Assembly (NCBI GenBank): GCA_963666345.1
Contig: OY762721.1
Location: 2,240,001 to 2,304,000, forward strand
DNA length: 64,000 nucleotides
Source of the DNA: Desulfatiglandales bacterium
GTDB taxonomy: Bacteria > Desulfobacterota > DSM-4660 > Desulfatiglandales > Desulfatiglandaceae
Direction of reading: 5' to 3'
Below the pieces are notes generated by a model. It was not told where the DNA came from and ran no database searches. It saw only the letters and a list, made by a program, of their open reading frames with translations. Made by a program: the position numbers and the translations under genes. Of this stretch, positions 19,082 through 29,901 are shown one piece after another (the first letter of the stretch is position 1; every line of letters starts with the position of its first letter).

Positions 19082-19265
19082 GCGCAGGCGCTCTTTCGTA
19101 GGCCTTATCTCACAAAAAAATACCACAGGCAGCCCAGGTGGCCGCAGACTGGGCTTTTTTCCCGGGAGCCCTATCAGCTTAGGTAATGTTTACTAAAGCC
19201 CGTGGATGTGACCACTTCTCCGTAAGAAATAGATAAGGCCGGAGAAAGAGTGCCGGTGCCTGCGC
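19082..19265. repeat. ~185-nt self-complementary element, copy A (MITE or structured ncRNA)
   Basis: Core 19091-19256 aligns without gaps to the reverse complement of 45443-45608 (144/166 identical by hand count). Contains nested inverted repeats. Confidence 0.85.
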
Positions 19266-19301
19266 GTGTTATATCAATACCTATGGCATGAATCCTCATC
19301 T

Positions 19302-20708
19302 TTAGTGCATGGATTCCCAGTTTCCGGGGTTCATTATACGGTTCGGATCAAGCAGGTTCTTGATCCTTGTTATCAACCGGAAGGTATTTGGGTCCATTTT
19401 TTCGATTATCAGTTTCTGTCCGGGAAGTTCCGATTTCCATGGTATGCCCCCGAGTCTAAGGGCCGACCTGTTGGCGTCGTCCAGTGCTCTTTTTGCCTTT
19501 TGTACATCCTCATCGTCCGCCCTGTTAAATCCGTATGCATAGGCGGCCATCATGCAATGGGCCCTTCCGATTATGCGGATCATTATGGAATAGGAGGTTC
19601 CATGTTTTTCAGCAATGGAGATCCCGTCCCTGTATGCCTGCGGCAGCAGCTTGACAGGCATGATCGCACCCACATATTCAAAGCCTCCGCCCTTTTTGAC
19701 GTCGGCAAAGCGGCTGACCGAGCGTTGCGGCGCCTCCAGAAATCCGTCTCTCATTTCCGGGACCAGATGCATAAAGCCCCCCTCTTTTTTTTCTATGTAC
19801 TCATCAAGACACTTCCTGATTGTCCTTTTCTTGAGTTTCATCTCTTCTTCCGAGTGAGCTGTAAGGTTTATGGAGGTGAGCTGAAATCCGCCTATCCAGT
19901 CAGGCCTGGGCTGAGTGTTTATGACGAGGTCTTCAGCAAGCTCGGTAGCCGTAATCTTATGGATAATATCTGGAAGGTAATCCGGATTTTCCGTGACAAA
20001 GATCATTACGTCTTCATGGGAGGGGGCGGGATAAAGCTTGATGGAAAGTTTCGTAACAACGCCCGTAGTTCCGTTCCAGCCTATGAAGAGCCCTGCAAGA
20101 TCAGGCAAGGGTGCCCTTGAAAACCAGTATTCGGAGGCGGAACATGACCCTATCCGGCAGATCTCTCCGGTCGGCAGGACAACTTCAAGGCCGTTTAGCA
20201 TCTCGGAGTGAAATCCTGTTGCCTGGGACATATGGCCGCTTCCATGGATAAGGATATTTCCTCCGATGGTGGCCATGGGAGGCGCATCCGGCAGAGAATG
20301 CTTGAGTCCGGGGTGGTGCCTTGCAAGATAACTCTTTAGCTGTCCTTCCGATACGCCCGCCTCAACCAGGGCGTAACGGCTCTGCTCATCTATCTCCAGG
20401 ATGGAGTTCATTCTTTTGAGATCAAGCACGATTCCACCCTTCAAAGGTCTCGTGAGCCCTGAAAGCACAAGGCCGGCACCCATGGGCACAACCGGTATAT
20501 TGTCTTTGTTGGCAACCCGCAGGATCTGTGCGACCTCTTCGGCGCTTTTGGGCATCATAACGCAGGAGGGTTCACATGGATCCTGGGTCCCACCGTCACG
20601 GGAGTAAAAATAGACCTCTTCAGGATGACTTGAAATGCGATCTTTTCCGACTATCTTCTCAAGGGCATTGAAAGATTCTTCATTCATAGATCTCTCCGTC
20701 TTTTCCAT
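19302..20708 (-). CDS. FAD-linked oxidoreductase, GlcD/D-lactate dehydrogenase-like fold
   Basis: P.SAEEV..I, GGIVLDLKRMN, VEAGV, ATIGGN, GLEVVLPTG, GTTGVVT and LDPNRIMNPG. Confidence 0.88.
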   Translation of the reverse strand: MEKTERSMNEESFNALEKIVGKDRISSHPEEVYFYSRDGGTQDPCEPSCVMMPKSAEEVAQILRVANKDNIPVVPMGAGLVLSGLTRPLKGGIVLDLKRMNSILEIDEQSRYALVEAGVSEGQLKSYLARHHPGLKHSLPDAPPMATIGGNILIHGSGHMSQATGFHSEMLNGLEVVLPTGEICRIGSCSASEYWFSRAPLPDLAGLFIGWNGTTGVVTKLSIKLYPAPSHEDVMIFVTENPDYLPDIIHKITATELAEDLVINTQPRPDWIGGFQLTSINLTAHSEEEMKLKKRTIRKCLDEYIEKKEGGFMHLVPEMRDGFLEAPQRSVSRFADVKKGGGFEYVGAIMPVKLLPQAYRDGISIAEKHGTSYSIMIRIIGRAHCMMAAYAYGFNRADDEDVQKAKRALDDANRSALRLGGIPWKSELPGQKLIIEKMDPNTFRLITRIKNLLDPNRIMNPGNWESMH

Positions 20709-20709
20709 G

Positions 20710-21729
20710 CTACTGTCCCAGTGCCAATCTGCAGAGGTCAGGCATGGTTACAGGAATTATCCCTCTTTTTTCAACCTTTTCACCAAGGGTGTAATAGCAC
20801 ATAGGGCAGTTGAAGAGACAGTATTCGGCACCTGAATCGACCATGTCTTGTATGTTTTTTTCCTGTACCTCTTCGGCAAGGTCATCACGACCCTGCATTA
20901 CCATAATACTGCCGCAGCAAAGGGCGTTTTCATGGTCATATTTTCTATCGGCCCTTTTAACGCCGATGAGTTGGAAGACCTCGTCAACAAGTCCCCGGGT
21001 TTCAGGTATAAGCCGATTTGAACATGGCCTCTGATAGGCCACTGTCTTGTCAAGGGATCTGATCTTGCTTTTCAATCCCTCAAGCCTTTCCAATATGAAG
21101 TCATAGAGATGTATGGGGGTGAATGGCACTTCGAGACCGTAGGCCTCAGCCCAGAATGTAAAACCGGCGAAACATTCATCATGGAAGCAGACAAGCTCAT
21201 TCAGCCCGTTTTTTTTCAGATTGTCATCTATGTTTTTGACCACCTGCGGCAGACGTTCCTTTATTAGAGACATCCTGGCAAAATGGAGGTATACGAGGTT
21301 GCAGAAAAAATCTCTGCCAAGAAAATTTGAAGTATCATGAAAGAGCGCGCCCTTTACCTTCTCCTTCATGTCTGGAAACAGGCAGAGTGAAATGCAAGGA
21401 TCGGTCAGGCGGTATCCCGGATCAATGTCCCCTTTTGGCGCGTACATCTTTATCTGCTGATTTGTGATAGGTCTGGGTGCAGGGGAATAGCCCTTTTTCT
21501 CCTGAAGTTCAACGATCTGAAAAAAGGGATGGTTGCGGTTCGGGCAGTACTCTTCGCAAGCATAACAGGTGGTGCATTGTTTAAGCACATAAGAGTCCTG
21601 CCCGGTTATGATCTTTTTCTTTTCGACCTTGGCAGACTTGATATCGATATCAATGTACTGGCATCTCAAAAGGCAGTCCAAGGTTTCACAGGCTAAACAA
21701 ATATCCTTACTAAAGTTAAGAGCATACAT
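20710..21729 (-). CDS. Fe-S/CCG-domain protein
   Basis: CLAC...C..C, CTTCYACEEYCP, YQRPCS, CCG and CPMC. Confidence 0.82.
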   Translation of the reverse strand: MYALNFSKDICLACETLDCLLRCQYIDIDIKSAKVEKKKIITGQDSYVLKQCTTCYACEEYCPNRNHPFFQIVELQEKKGYSPAPRPITNQQIKMYAPKGDIDPGYRLTDPCISLCLFPDMKEKVKGALFHDTSNFLGRDFFCNLVYLHFARMSLIKERLPQVVKNIDDNLKKNGLNELVCFHDECFAGFTFWAEAYGLEVPFTPIHLYDFILERLEGLKSKIRSLDKTVAYQRPCSNRLIPETRGLVDEVFQLIGVKRADRKYDHENALCCGSIMVMQGRDDLAEEVQEKNIQDMVDSGAEYCLFNCPMCYYTLGEKVEKRGIIPVTMPDLCRLALGQ

Positions 21730-22071
21730 GTCTGACCCCGACTGATTGTTTTTTTTAATGATTTGCAGATTTCAAGGAGGTGAGGAAAACACCCTTCTAT
21801 TTAAGGGTTCCACTATGAATAGCATTCACTTGCCTCCATAGCAAGTCAAAATAAACAAACAGTTCAGAATTTATTCTAAAAAGAAATAAAAATTGGTATA
21901 AATATTAATTAAAGTTTGCTTTTGAAATATTATCGGCATGCTATGGCCTCATTAGGATTACCCGGATGCCGAAGCGTGTTAGCAACAAATTAAGAACAAT
22001 CACGGGTGCCGGGATGCGGCGGTTGGGACGGCAGGAAATACTTGCTGGACAGGGTCTAAAAAAGGGGGGCT

Positions 22072-22956
22072 TTAAGTTTTTCTTGCGGCTATTAGCCTGT
22101 AAAGGCCGCTGTAATCGGTTATCCTGTCGGTGTCAGAGTAAAGTCCTGTCTTTTCTATCATTGAAAGGGCCTTAACGGTCTGATCGGGAGACATCTCTAT
22201 AATCAGCCATCCACCGCTGTCGAGATGCCCTGCTCCCTGTCTGATTATTTTATCTATAAAACAAAACCCATCTCTTCCGCCGTTTAATGCAATCTCAGGC
22301 TCATTATCCCTTATCTCAGGTGCAAGGGTTAAGAAGTCTTCCCCGGATACATATGGAGGATTTGAGACTATCATATCAAAGCGCATTGCCGTTTCTTTGA
22401 TGGGGGAGAAGAGGTCTCCTCCAATAAATCGGATTTTTTCCGACACATTATGCCTCCCGGCGTTTGAGGCTGCTATCCTGAGGGCATCGGAAGAGATGTC
22501 GGAGGCATAAATTGAAACATTGGAAAGTTCTTTGGCAAGGGCTATTGAAATAGCGCCTGAGCCGGTTCCTACTTCCAGTATGTTGAGGGATTTTTTCGAT
22601 GTGGGAGATGGTTGTGCAAGTTTTTCAAGCGCGGTTTCCACGATTACTTCAGATTCGGGCCTCGGTATGAGCACATGGGGATCGACCTGCAGCTCAAGGG
22701 ACCAGAATTCCTGGACGCCTGTTATATACTGGATAGGTTCATGATTAACGCGCCTCTTGATAAGCAGGCGGTAGCCGTCCACCTCATTTTTTATTAGAGG
22801 TTTGTCAAAATTGAGATAGAGCTGAATCCTTTCGATCCCGAGCTGGTGGGCCAAAAGCACCTCAGCCGTAAGGCGCGGCGCTTCAATATGCCTTTCCTTG
22901 AGGTAGCCTTCAGATACCTCCAATAACTCCTTTACTTTCCAGGAAACAGGTTCCAT
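22072..22956 (-). CDS. prmC: Release factor glutamine methyltransferase
   Basis: EPIQYITG, VLIPRPESE, GTGSG and SNPPY. Lies downstream of prfA. Confidence 0.96.
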   Translation of the reverse strand: MEPVSWKVKELLEVSEGYLKERHIEAPRLTAEVLLAHQLGIERIQLYLNFDKPLIKNEVDGYRLLIKRRVNHEPIQYITGVQEFWSLELQVDPHVLIPRPESEVIVETALEKLAQPSPTSKKSLNILEVGTGSGAISIALAKELSNVSIYASDISSDALRIAASNAGRHNVSEKIRFIGGDLFSPIKETAMRFDMIVSNPPYVSGEDFLTLAPEIRDNEPEIALNGGRDGFCFIDKIIRQGAGHLDSGGWLIIEMSPDQTVKALSMIEKTGLYSDTDRITDYSGLYRLIAARKT

Positions 22957-22962
22957 GAAACC

Positions 22963-24027
22963 TTAATGGCTGGTTTTTAGGGCTTCAGTTTGAAAATGTG
23001 TAATGAGGGGGTCGATTATTAGATTCAATTCCCCCTGAAGGACCTGGTCAAGTTTATAAAGAGTGAGGCCTATCCTGTGGTCGGTTGTTCTGCTTTGCGG
23101 AAAATTATAGGTCCTAATTCTCTCGCTTCTGTCACCTGATCCTACCATGTTCTTGCGTTCTTCAGACATCTTCGAATGCTGCTCTGCCTGTTCCAGGTCA
23201 AAGAGCCTGGAACGGAGAACCTTCATGGCCTTTGCCTTGTTCTTGTGCTGTGATTTTTCATCCTGACAGGTTACAACAAGGCCGGAAGGCATATGGGTGA
23301 TCCTGACCGCCGAGTCTGTTGTATTTACGTGCTGCCCGCCGCAACCCGAGGACCTGTAAACATCTATTCTCAAATCTTCAGGATTTATTTGAACGTCAAT
23401 TTCCTCCGCCTCCGGAAGCACGGCTACCGTAACCGCCGAGGTATGTATCCTTCCCTGTGTTTCTGTTTCAGGAACCCTTTGAACCCTATGAACCCCGCTT
23501 TCATACTTGAGCCTGCTATAGACGCTTTTTCCCTCTATCAAGACTATGATTTCCTTGAATCCACCGATTCCGGTGGAATTCTGGCTCATTATATCCGTTT
23601 TCCAATCCATTATTTCAGCATAGCGGGTATACATTCTGAAGAGGTCGGCTGCAAATAGTGCCGCCTCCTCACCTCCGGTCCCGGCCCTTATCTCTAAAAG
23701 GATATTTTTGTCGTCATTGGGGTCTTTAGGAAGCAGAAGTATCTTAAGCTCTTTTTCAAGGCTTTCCAGATTTGATTTAAGTCCTTGTATTTCATCTTTT
23801 GCAAGTTTGGATATCTCCGGATCGGAATCTCCCAAAAGCGAACTGTTATCCTCTATTTCGGCCTGGATTGCATTATGCCGTCTGAATGCGCTTACTATAG
23901 GATTCAGAACACTGTGTTCTTTGGAATACTTCTGATAGTTTTTCTGATCCTTGACTATATCAGGGTTTCCAAGTTTTCCTTCAAGCTCATTATAGCGTTC
24001 TTCGATTTCTTTGATCTTGGAAAACAT
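22963..24027 (-). CDS. prfA: Peptide chain release factor 1
   Basis: [11 protein letters not shown], the PET motif (RVPETE), GGQ and RIRTYNFPQ. Confidence 0.98.
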   Translation of the reverse strand: MFSKIKEIEERYNELEGKLGNPDIVKDQKNYQKYSKEHSVLNPIVSAFRRHNAIQAEIEDNSSLLGDSDPEISKLAKDEIQGLKSNLESLEKELKILLLPKDPNDDKNILLEIRAGTGGEEAALFAADLFRMYTRYAEIMDWKTDIMSQNSTGIGGFKEIIVLIEGKSVYSRLKYESGVHRVQRVPETETQGRIHTSAVTVAVLPEAEEIDVQINPEDLRIDVYRSSGCGGQHVNTTDSAVRITHMPSGLVVTCQDEKSQHKNKAKAMKVLRSRLFDLEQAEQHSKMSEERKNMVGSGDRSERIRTYNFPQSRTTDHRIGLTLYKLDQVLQGELNLIIDPLITHFQTEALKTSH

Positions 24028-24329
24028 TTATCGGCCTTTGTTAAAAATAATTTTGTACACCTATAGAAATGCCCCAGACCGGAGCATCCAAATAAGCCTT
24101 ACAAAATTCTCCTTTTTCCGGAGGCGATTTGCCTAACTCCCTTTCCAGTCTGATTTATTTGTTTTTGTAGGCTGCGGAAAGGTCTATTGCAGAATTAAAT
24201 ACGGCCAGGCCAGGATGCCTTAAACGGGAGAGCCTTGAACGGTGCTTGGCAGTAAAGAATATTGAAAATTGTTCCTGTCCTAAACCTTTAACCTATTGTT
24301 AAGAAAGGACGTTTAAAACCGCGTCTTTT

Positions 24330-24563
24330 TCAGGCGTCTGTCTTTTTTGCCGCGGAGCCTTCGTTGAATTTGGCGTATTTTCTTCTGAACCGCTCTACCC
24401 TGCCTGCTGAATCTACGAGTTTCTGCTTCCCGGTGAAAAAGGGGTGACAGGCGGAGCAGATTTCTACGCTGATTTCCTTGACTGTGGATCCTGTTTCAAA
24501 CTCATTTCCGCAAGCACAGCGGACCGTTGCGTTGTGATATTCGGGATGTATTCCCTTTTTCAT
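24330..24563 (-). CDS. rpmE: 50S ribosomal protein L31, Zn-binding type
   Basis: [13 protein letters not shown] and [10 protein letters not shown]. Confidence 0.97.
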   Translation of the reverse strand: MKKGIHPEYHNATVRCACGNEFETGSTVKEISVEICSACHPFFTGKQKLVDSAGRVERFRRKYAKFNEGSAAKKTDA

Positions 24564-24631
24564 TTTTTACCTCACTGTTTTATGCCCGGTGCGATAAAAC
24601 AGATGATGAAAACCGGGCATCTGAAAATATA

Positions 24632-25879
24632 TTATTCGCTCATTGAATCCAAAAAGGCCTGATTATCTCCTGTTCCTTTTATTTTTGCAAGCAAAAATTC
24701 CATGCTGTCAACCGGTGTAAGTGGGGCCAGGAGTTTCCTGAGTATCCAGATCCTGTTGAGAATCGTTTGATCCAGAAGGAGTTCTTCTTTTCTCGTTCCT
24801 GAGCGGTTGATATCGATTGCCGGAAACACTCGTCTATCGCTCAGTTTGCGGTCCAGCTGTATTTCCATGTTGCCGGTGCCTTTGAATTCCTCAAAGATAA
24901 CCTCGTCCATCCTGCTTCCGGTATCTATGAGGGCGGTGGCGATTATGGTAAGGCTTCCTCCCTCCTCCACATTTCTTGCAGCACCAAAAAAGCGTTTTGG
25001 TTTGTGAAGGGCATTAGAGTCAAGTCCACCGGATAATATTTTCCCACTGGGAGGAACAACGGCATTGTAAGCCCTGGCGAGCCTGGTAATGCTGTCAAGC
25101 AGTATGAGCACGTCAAGCTTGTGTTCAACAAGCCTTTTTGCCTTTTCTATTACCATCTCAGCGACCTGGACATGCCGCTGGGGAGGTTCGTCAAAGGTGG
25201 AACTTATCACCTCGGCATCTACCGACCTGGCCATGTCCGTGACCTCCTCAGGCCTTTCGTCTATAAGGAGCACTATCTTGTGTATCTTCTTGTCAGTGGC
25301 GGTAACGCTGTTGGCAATATTCTGCAGGAGCATGGTTTTTCCGGTCCTTGGCGGGGCGACAATAAGTCCTCTCTGCCCTTTTCCGATAGGAGTCATAAGA
25401 TCCATGATCCTGGCTGATAAGTTGTCAGGGGTTGTTTCCAGGTCAATTCTCTGCTCGGGATACAGGGGCGTAAGGTTGTCGAACAGGATCTTTTCCCTGG
25501 CTATTTCAGGGTCTTCATGGTTTACCTTTTCCACTTTGAGAAGCGCGAAGTATCTTTCCGAATCCTTTGGCGGGCGGATTTGCCCGGCAATAGTGTCTCC
25601 TTTTCTTAAATTGAATCTTCTTATCTGAGAAGGAGATATGTAGATGTCATCGGGGCCTGGTAGATAATTGGCATCGGGAGCTCGCAGAAAGCCGAATCCG
25701 TCCGGAAGGATTTCAAGTACACCTTCGCCCGTTATATGGCCGTTTCTTTCCGAATGTGCCTGAAGGAGCGAGAATATGAGCTCTTGCTTCGGCATGCCTG
25801 ATGCCCCTTCAATGCTGCAATCTTTAGCCATTGTGGTAAGTTCATTGATCTTCATTTTTTTTAATTCAACAAGGTTCAT
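24632..25879 (-). CDS. rho: Transcription termination factor Rho
   Basis: [22 protein letters not shown] and FKGTGNME. Confidence 0.99.
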   Translation of the reverse strand: MNLVELKKMKINELTTMAKDCSIEGASGMPKQELIFSLLQAHSERNGHITGEGVLEILPDGFGFLRAPDANYLPGPDDIYISPSQIRRFNLRKGDTIAGQIRPPKDSERYFALLKVEKVNHEDPEIAREKILFDNLTPLYPEQRIDLETTPDNLSARIMDLMTPIGKGQRGLIVAPPRTGKTMLLQNIANSVTATDKKIHKIVLLIDERPEEVTDMARSVDAEVISSTFDEPPQRHVQVAEMVIEKAKRLVEHKLDVLILLDSITRLARAYNAVVPPSGKILSGGLDSNALHKPKRFFGAARNVEEGGSLTIIATALIDTGSRMDEVIFEEFKGTGNMEIQLDRKLSDRRVFPAIDINRSGTRKEELLLDQTILNRIWILRKLLAPLTPVDSMEFLLAKIKGTGDNQAFLDSMSE

Positions 25880-26191
25880 TCTTTAACTCCGTGCAATAAA
25901 AATCGGGATTAATAACCGGCAGGGCCCAAAGAGAAAATGACATTAGGGGCGATACTAAAAAAAGAAACAGGGCAAACCTTAAATTCTTTGAGGTCCCTTA
26001 CACTATGCAGTGAGGTCTAAACTGAACACCTTTTGTGTGATCTAAAGAAGGTTACTCAGTAGATTTGCTATGCAGTTTAATAAGATATCCGGTCTATACC
26101 GAATCCTCCAAAAGGTAGGAAATAGATACTTAATGAAAAAATATAATCAATTTCCATCTCTTGTCAAGCCCTTTATTTCCTTATGGCCGGA

Positions 26192-27163
26192 TCAGGCCTC
26201 TTTCAGGGAATCTATAATTGCCTTCATATCGGTAGGGACCGGCGCTTCGAAAACAAGGAACCGATCCTTTTCCTGATGATAAAATCCGAGCCTGCCGGCG
26301 TGAAGCATCTGCCTGCGGGGCATTACTAATGATCGATTGTCGCATGGAAAGTGCTTTTTCCACCACCTGATTCCGAATCCGTACAAGGGATCACCAACTA
26401 CCGGATGCCCGATATGAGATAAATGAACCCTGATCTGGTGTGTCCTTCCTGTCTTTATAGTAACCGATAGCAGGGAAAAATCTTCTTTAAATTCCTTTAC
26501 GGTATTCCAGAGGGAGACTGCCGCTCTACCCCCTGATTCAAGGACCGCCATTTGCTTTCTTTTTTGAGGATGTCGGCCTATGGGAAGATCAATACTGCCC
26601 CGGCTTTCCTTCGGCCTTCCATGCACAAGCGCGAGATAAACCTTTTCAATCTGACCCGATTTGAACTGCCCGGCTAGGTAACCATGTGAGCGGTCATTTT
26701 TGGCAACGATGATAAGGCCGGAGGTGTCCTTGTCAAGGCGATGGACTATTCCCGGCCTTAATATGCCCCCGATGCCTGATAGATCCCTGCAATGATATAG
26801 AAGACCGTGCACAAGCGTTCCGGTATAATGGCCGGGGGCAGGGTGTACTACAAGTCCGGGTGGCTTGTTTATCACGATGAGAGAGCTGTCTTCAAAAACT
26901 ACGTTAAATTCTATCTTTTCAGGTTCAAGGGGGTGGATCGCCGGAGCTGGAATTGAGACATAAACATGATCACCGGGACAGAGCACATGGCTGGGTTTTG
27001 AATGGGAATCGTTTACCTTGACCATCCCCTGTCTTATAAGCGTTTGAATCCTGGATCGGGAAAGGCCGATTATTTTCTGACGGGAGAGGAACAAATCAAG
27101 GCGAATTTCATCGCTTTCAGGGGGAACATCAAGACAGATATCCCTATTTTCTGTTCTGTTCAC
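26192..27163 (-). CDS. rluD: RluA-family pseudouridine synthase with S4 domain
   Basis: N-terminal S4 (RLD..L, SRSRIQ), NKPPGLVVHP, HRLDKDTSG and GRTHQIRVH. Confidence 0.88.
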   Translation of the reverse strand: MNRTENRDICLDVPPESDEIRLDLFLSRQKIIGLSRSRIQTLIRQGMVKVNDSHSKPSHVLCPGDHVYVSIPAPAIHPLEPEKIEFNVVFEDSSLIVINKPPGLVVHPAPGHYTGTLVHGLLYHCRDLSGIGGILRPGIVHRLDKDTSGLIIVAKNDRSHGYLAGQFKSGQIEKVYLALVHGRPKESRGSIDLPIGRHPQKRKQMAVLESGGRAAVSLWNTVKEFKEDFSLLSVTIKTGRTHQIRVHLSHIGHPVVGDPLYGFGIRWWKKHFPCDNRSLVMPRRQMLHAGRLGFYHQEKDRFLVFEAPVPTDMKAIIDSLKEA

Positions 27164-27185
27164 TTAAAACAGCTGGGCAAAGATG

Positions 27186-27665
27186 TTATGCAAAGATTTT
27201 ATCCAGATCTTTTTCTACCTGTTCTTCCTCGACATTTTTTGCAAGAGATATTTCTTTCACCAACAGGGTCCTGGCTGTGTCAAGCATCTTTCTTTCACCA
27301 AAGGAAAGGTCCTTTTCCAGCTTGAGCATCAAAAGATCACGGTATACTTCGGCGACTTCAAAAACAGACCCTGTCTTTATTTTATCCATGTAGTCCCTAT
27401 AGCGTCTGTTCCATGTCTGGTTGTCGACTGCAACGTCTCTTTGTTTGAGAATGGAATAGAGCCTTGGAACCTCTCTCTGGCCTATTATTTCCCTAAGTCC
27501 CACATTGTTTACGTTGCCGGTAGGAATCATTATCTTCATATCGTTATCAAGAATGCGCATGACATAGAAATCCTGACGGCAGCCGGATATTTCCTGGCTT
27601 TCTATCTTTTCAATGACCCCTACCCCGTGTGCGGGATAGACAGCCAAATCATCAACTTTAAACAT
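27186..27665 (-). CDS. CarD/CdnL-family RNA polymerase-binding regulator
   Basis: F...D..VYPAHGVG, TWNRRYR and LSFGERKM. The ATG at 27665 follows GGGGG. Confidence 0.93.
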   Translation of the reverse strand: MFKVDDLAVYPAHGVGVIEKIESQEISGCRQDFYVMRILDNDMKIMIPTGNVNNVGLREIIGQREVPRLYSILKQRDVAVDNQTWNRRYRDYMDKIKTGSVFEVAEVYRDLLMLKLEKDLSFGERKMLDTARTLLVKEISLAKNVEEEQVEKDLDKIFA

Positions 27666-27831
27666 TATAACCCCCAATCATGAAAACCTACGAAATACTT
27701 TAAATATCTGCAAGGAAGGGCTTTGCTCGGCCTGGTTCACTCAAAGTAGCCGGCCCTTGTTTTTGTTAATCGGACGGGGCAGATAAATCAGAATAATATA
27801 CCCCGTCCTACCAATACTGTATGTCAAGTTG

Positions 27832-29901
27832 TTACATTATCAATATCCCGACTACCGGAAGCACGGGTGCGATAACCAGGGAAACCACCGACATCAGCTT
27901 TATGAGAATATTCATGGCAGGGCCTGATGTATCCTTGAACGGATCTCCGACAGTATCACCAACTACGGCAGCCTTATGATTGTCAGAGCCTTTTCCGCCG
28001 AAGTTTCCTTCCTCTATATATTTTTTAGCGTTATCCCATGCCCCGCCGCTATTGGCCATAAAAAGGGCCAGAAAGGCTCCCATGACCGTGGCCCCCAGCA
28101 ACATTCCGCCCAGGGTCTCGGCACCTAGAAGAAAGCCCACCGCAACCGGAGTAAGAACCGCGATGAGGCCAGGTGCGACCATTTCCCTAAGAGCGGAGTC
28201 GGTTGCTATTGTAACGCAGGTTTTAGGATCAGGCTTGACCCCCTCTTTACCTTCGAGCAGGCCCGGGATTTCCCTGAACTGACGGCGTATTTCCTCGACA
28301 ATGCTGAAGGCCGCTTTTCCCACGGAGGTCATTGTGAGGGCCGCGCATATCATCGGAACGATACCGCCGATAAACACCCCGATAACGACCATCGGGTTTT
28401 TGATGTCGATTGAGGCAAGTCCTGCCGACTGTGTAAAGGCTACAAAAAGGGCAAGGGCGGTTAAGGCAGCCGAGCCGATTGCGAATCCCTTGCCTATGGC
28501 CGCAGTGGTGTTGCCCAGTGCGTCCAGGCTGTCAGTGATTTTTCTGGTCTCAGGGCCTAGGCCGGACATCTCTGATATGCCTCCGGCATTGTCGGCTATC
28601 GGGCCGTACGCGTCAACCGTCATGGTTGCACCGACAGTGGCCAGCATGCCTACGGCTGAAAGACCGATACCGTAAATACCTGCGGTTTGATACCCGATAA
28701 AGGTCGCGATGCAGATTCCCAGAATGGGCAGGTAGGTTGAACGCATCCCCACCGCAAGGCCTGAAATAATAACCGTGGCTGCGCCGGTCTTGGACTGTTC
28801 GGCTATATAACGTACCGGAGGACCGGAGGTGTAATATTCCGCAATGAGCCCGATTACGATACCGCAGATGAGACCGGAGAATACCGCCCAGAAGGCACCG
28901 ATAGGCATTCCTATGCTCATGGTTAAAATAATGGTTAAGATTATAAAAATGATTGCAGCCACAAAAGTGGTGTATCTCAAGGCACCTGCGGGGTTGCCTT
29001 TTTGAAACAGTTTAATCGAAAACACACCGATAAAAGAACTGAGCAAACCTGCCATTACGACCAGCATGGGCATGGCCATATATTTCAGCTTTATCGCCTC
29101 TGCGGACAGCCCCTTGAGCGCGGGGTACTGATTTACAAATGCGGACAGAGTTTCAGGCGTCCCGATTGCAAGTGTCGCGCCTATTGCGATTGTGGCAATG
29201 ACCGAGCCCACAAATGATTCGAAGATATCAGCGCCCATGCCTGCGATATCTCCGACATTGTCTCCAACATTATCCGCGATGACTCCCGGGTTTCTCGGGT
29301 CGTCTTCAGGTATGCCCGCCTCCACCTTTCCTACAAGATCCGCACCCACATCAGCCGCTTTGGTGTACACACCACCGCCGACACGGGCAAAAAGGGCAAT
29401 GGAACTGGCCCCCATGGCAAAGCCGTTTATGTATTTCGCGGAATCGGGGTTGTCTCCGAAAATAATGAACCAGAAACCGAGTCCCAGAAGTCCGAGCCCG
29501 GCAACCGCCAGTCCCATTACCGAACCTGAAAAATATGAGACGTTCAGCGCCTTTGCCTGCCCCGATTTATTGGCGGCTTCGGCCGTCCTTGAATTACCTC
29601 TGGTTGCGGCGGTCATGCCGGAGAAACCGGCAGCCATGGAACAAATAGCACCTGTAACGAATGCAAGGGAAGTCTTCCAGGAGATAAATACTGTCAGCAG
29701 AATGAAGACAGCGGCGATAAAAAACACCAGAACAGAATATTCCCTTTTTAAGAAGGCCATTGCACCATCATGAATGGCTGCTTCAAGTTCCTGCATCAAC
29801 GGGGTTCCATTGGGTTGTTTTTTTACGTAACCGTAGATTAAATACGCTATAAGTAGGCTTACCACCCCCAGAAAAGGGGCAACGACGGTTAATCCTTGCA
29901 T
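27832..29901 (-). CDS. hppA: Membrane-integral pyrophosphatase, K+-dependent and probably Na+-pumping
   Basis: [20 protein letters not shown] and [16 protein letters not shown] carries Ala at the K+-dependence position. Confidence 0.95.
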   Translation of the reverse strand: MQGLTVVAPFLGVVSLLIAYLIYGYVKKQPNGTPLMQELEAAIHDGAMAFLKREYSVLVFFIAAVFILLTVFISWKTSLAFVTGAICSMAAGFSGMTAATRGNSRTAEAANKSGQAKALNVSYFSGSVMGLAVAGLGLLGLGFWFIIFGDNPDSAKYINGFAMGASSIALFARVGGGVYTKAADVGADLVGKVEAGIPEDDPRNPGVIADNVGDNVGDIAGMGADIFESFVGSVIATIAIGATLAIGTPETLSAFVNQYPALKGLSAEAIKLKYMAMPMLVVMAGLLSSFIGVFSIKLFQKGNPAGALRYTTFVAAIIFIILTIILTMSIGMPIGAFWAVFSGLICGIVIGLIAEYYTSGPPVRYIAEQSKTGAATVIISGLAVGMRSTYLPILGICIATFIGYQTAGIYGIGLSAVGMLATVGATMTVDAYGPIADNAGGISEMSGLGPETRKITDSLDALGNTTAAIGKGFAIGSAALTALALFVAFTQSAGLASIDIKNPMVVIGVFIGGIVPMICAALTMTSVGKAAFSIVEEIRRQFREIPGLLEGKEGVKPDPKTCVTIATDSALREMVAPGLIAVLTPVAVGFLLGAETLGGMLLGATVMGAFLALFMANSGGAWDNAKKYIEEGNFGGKGSDNHKAAVVGDTVGDPFKDTSGPAMNILIKLMSVVSLVIAPVLPVVGILIM

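Noticed and set aside
19266..20120. Long antisense ORFs (also 10026-10673, 27183-27683, 29192-29773, 51594-52241, 57632-58306)
   Set aside because: They shadow well-supported genes on the opposite strand and show no recognisable motifs.
24028..24329. Possible DUF1385 remnant between rpmE and prfA
   Set aside because: Only a faint resemblance by eye and no sustained reading frame; it would need a frameshift-aware HMM search.
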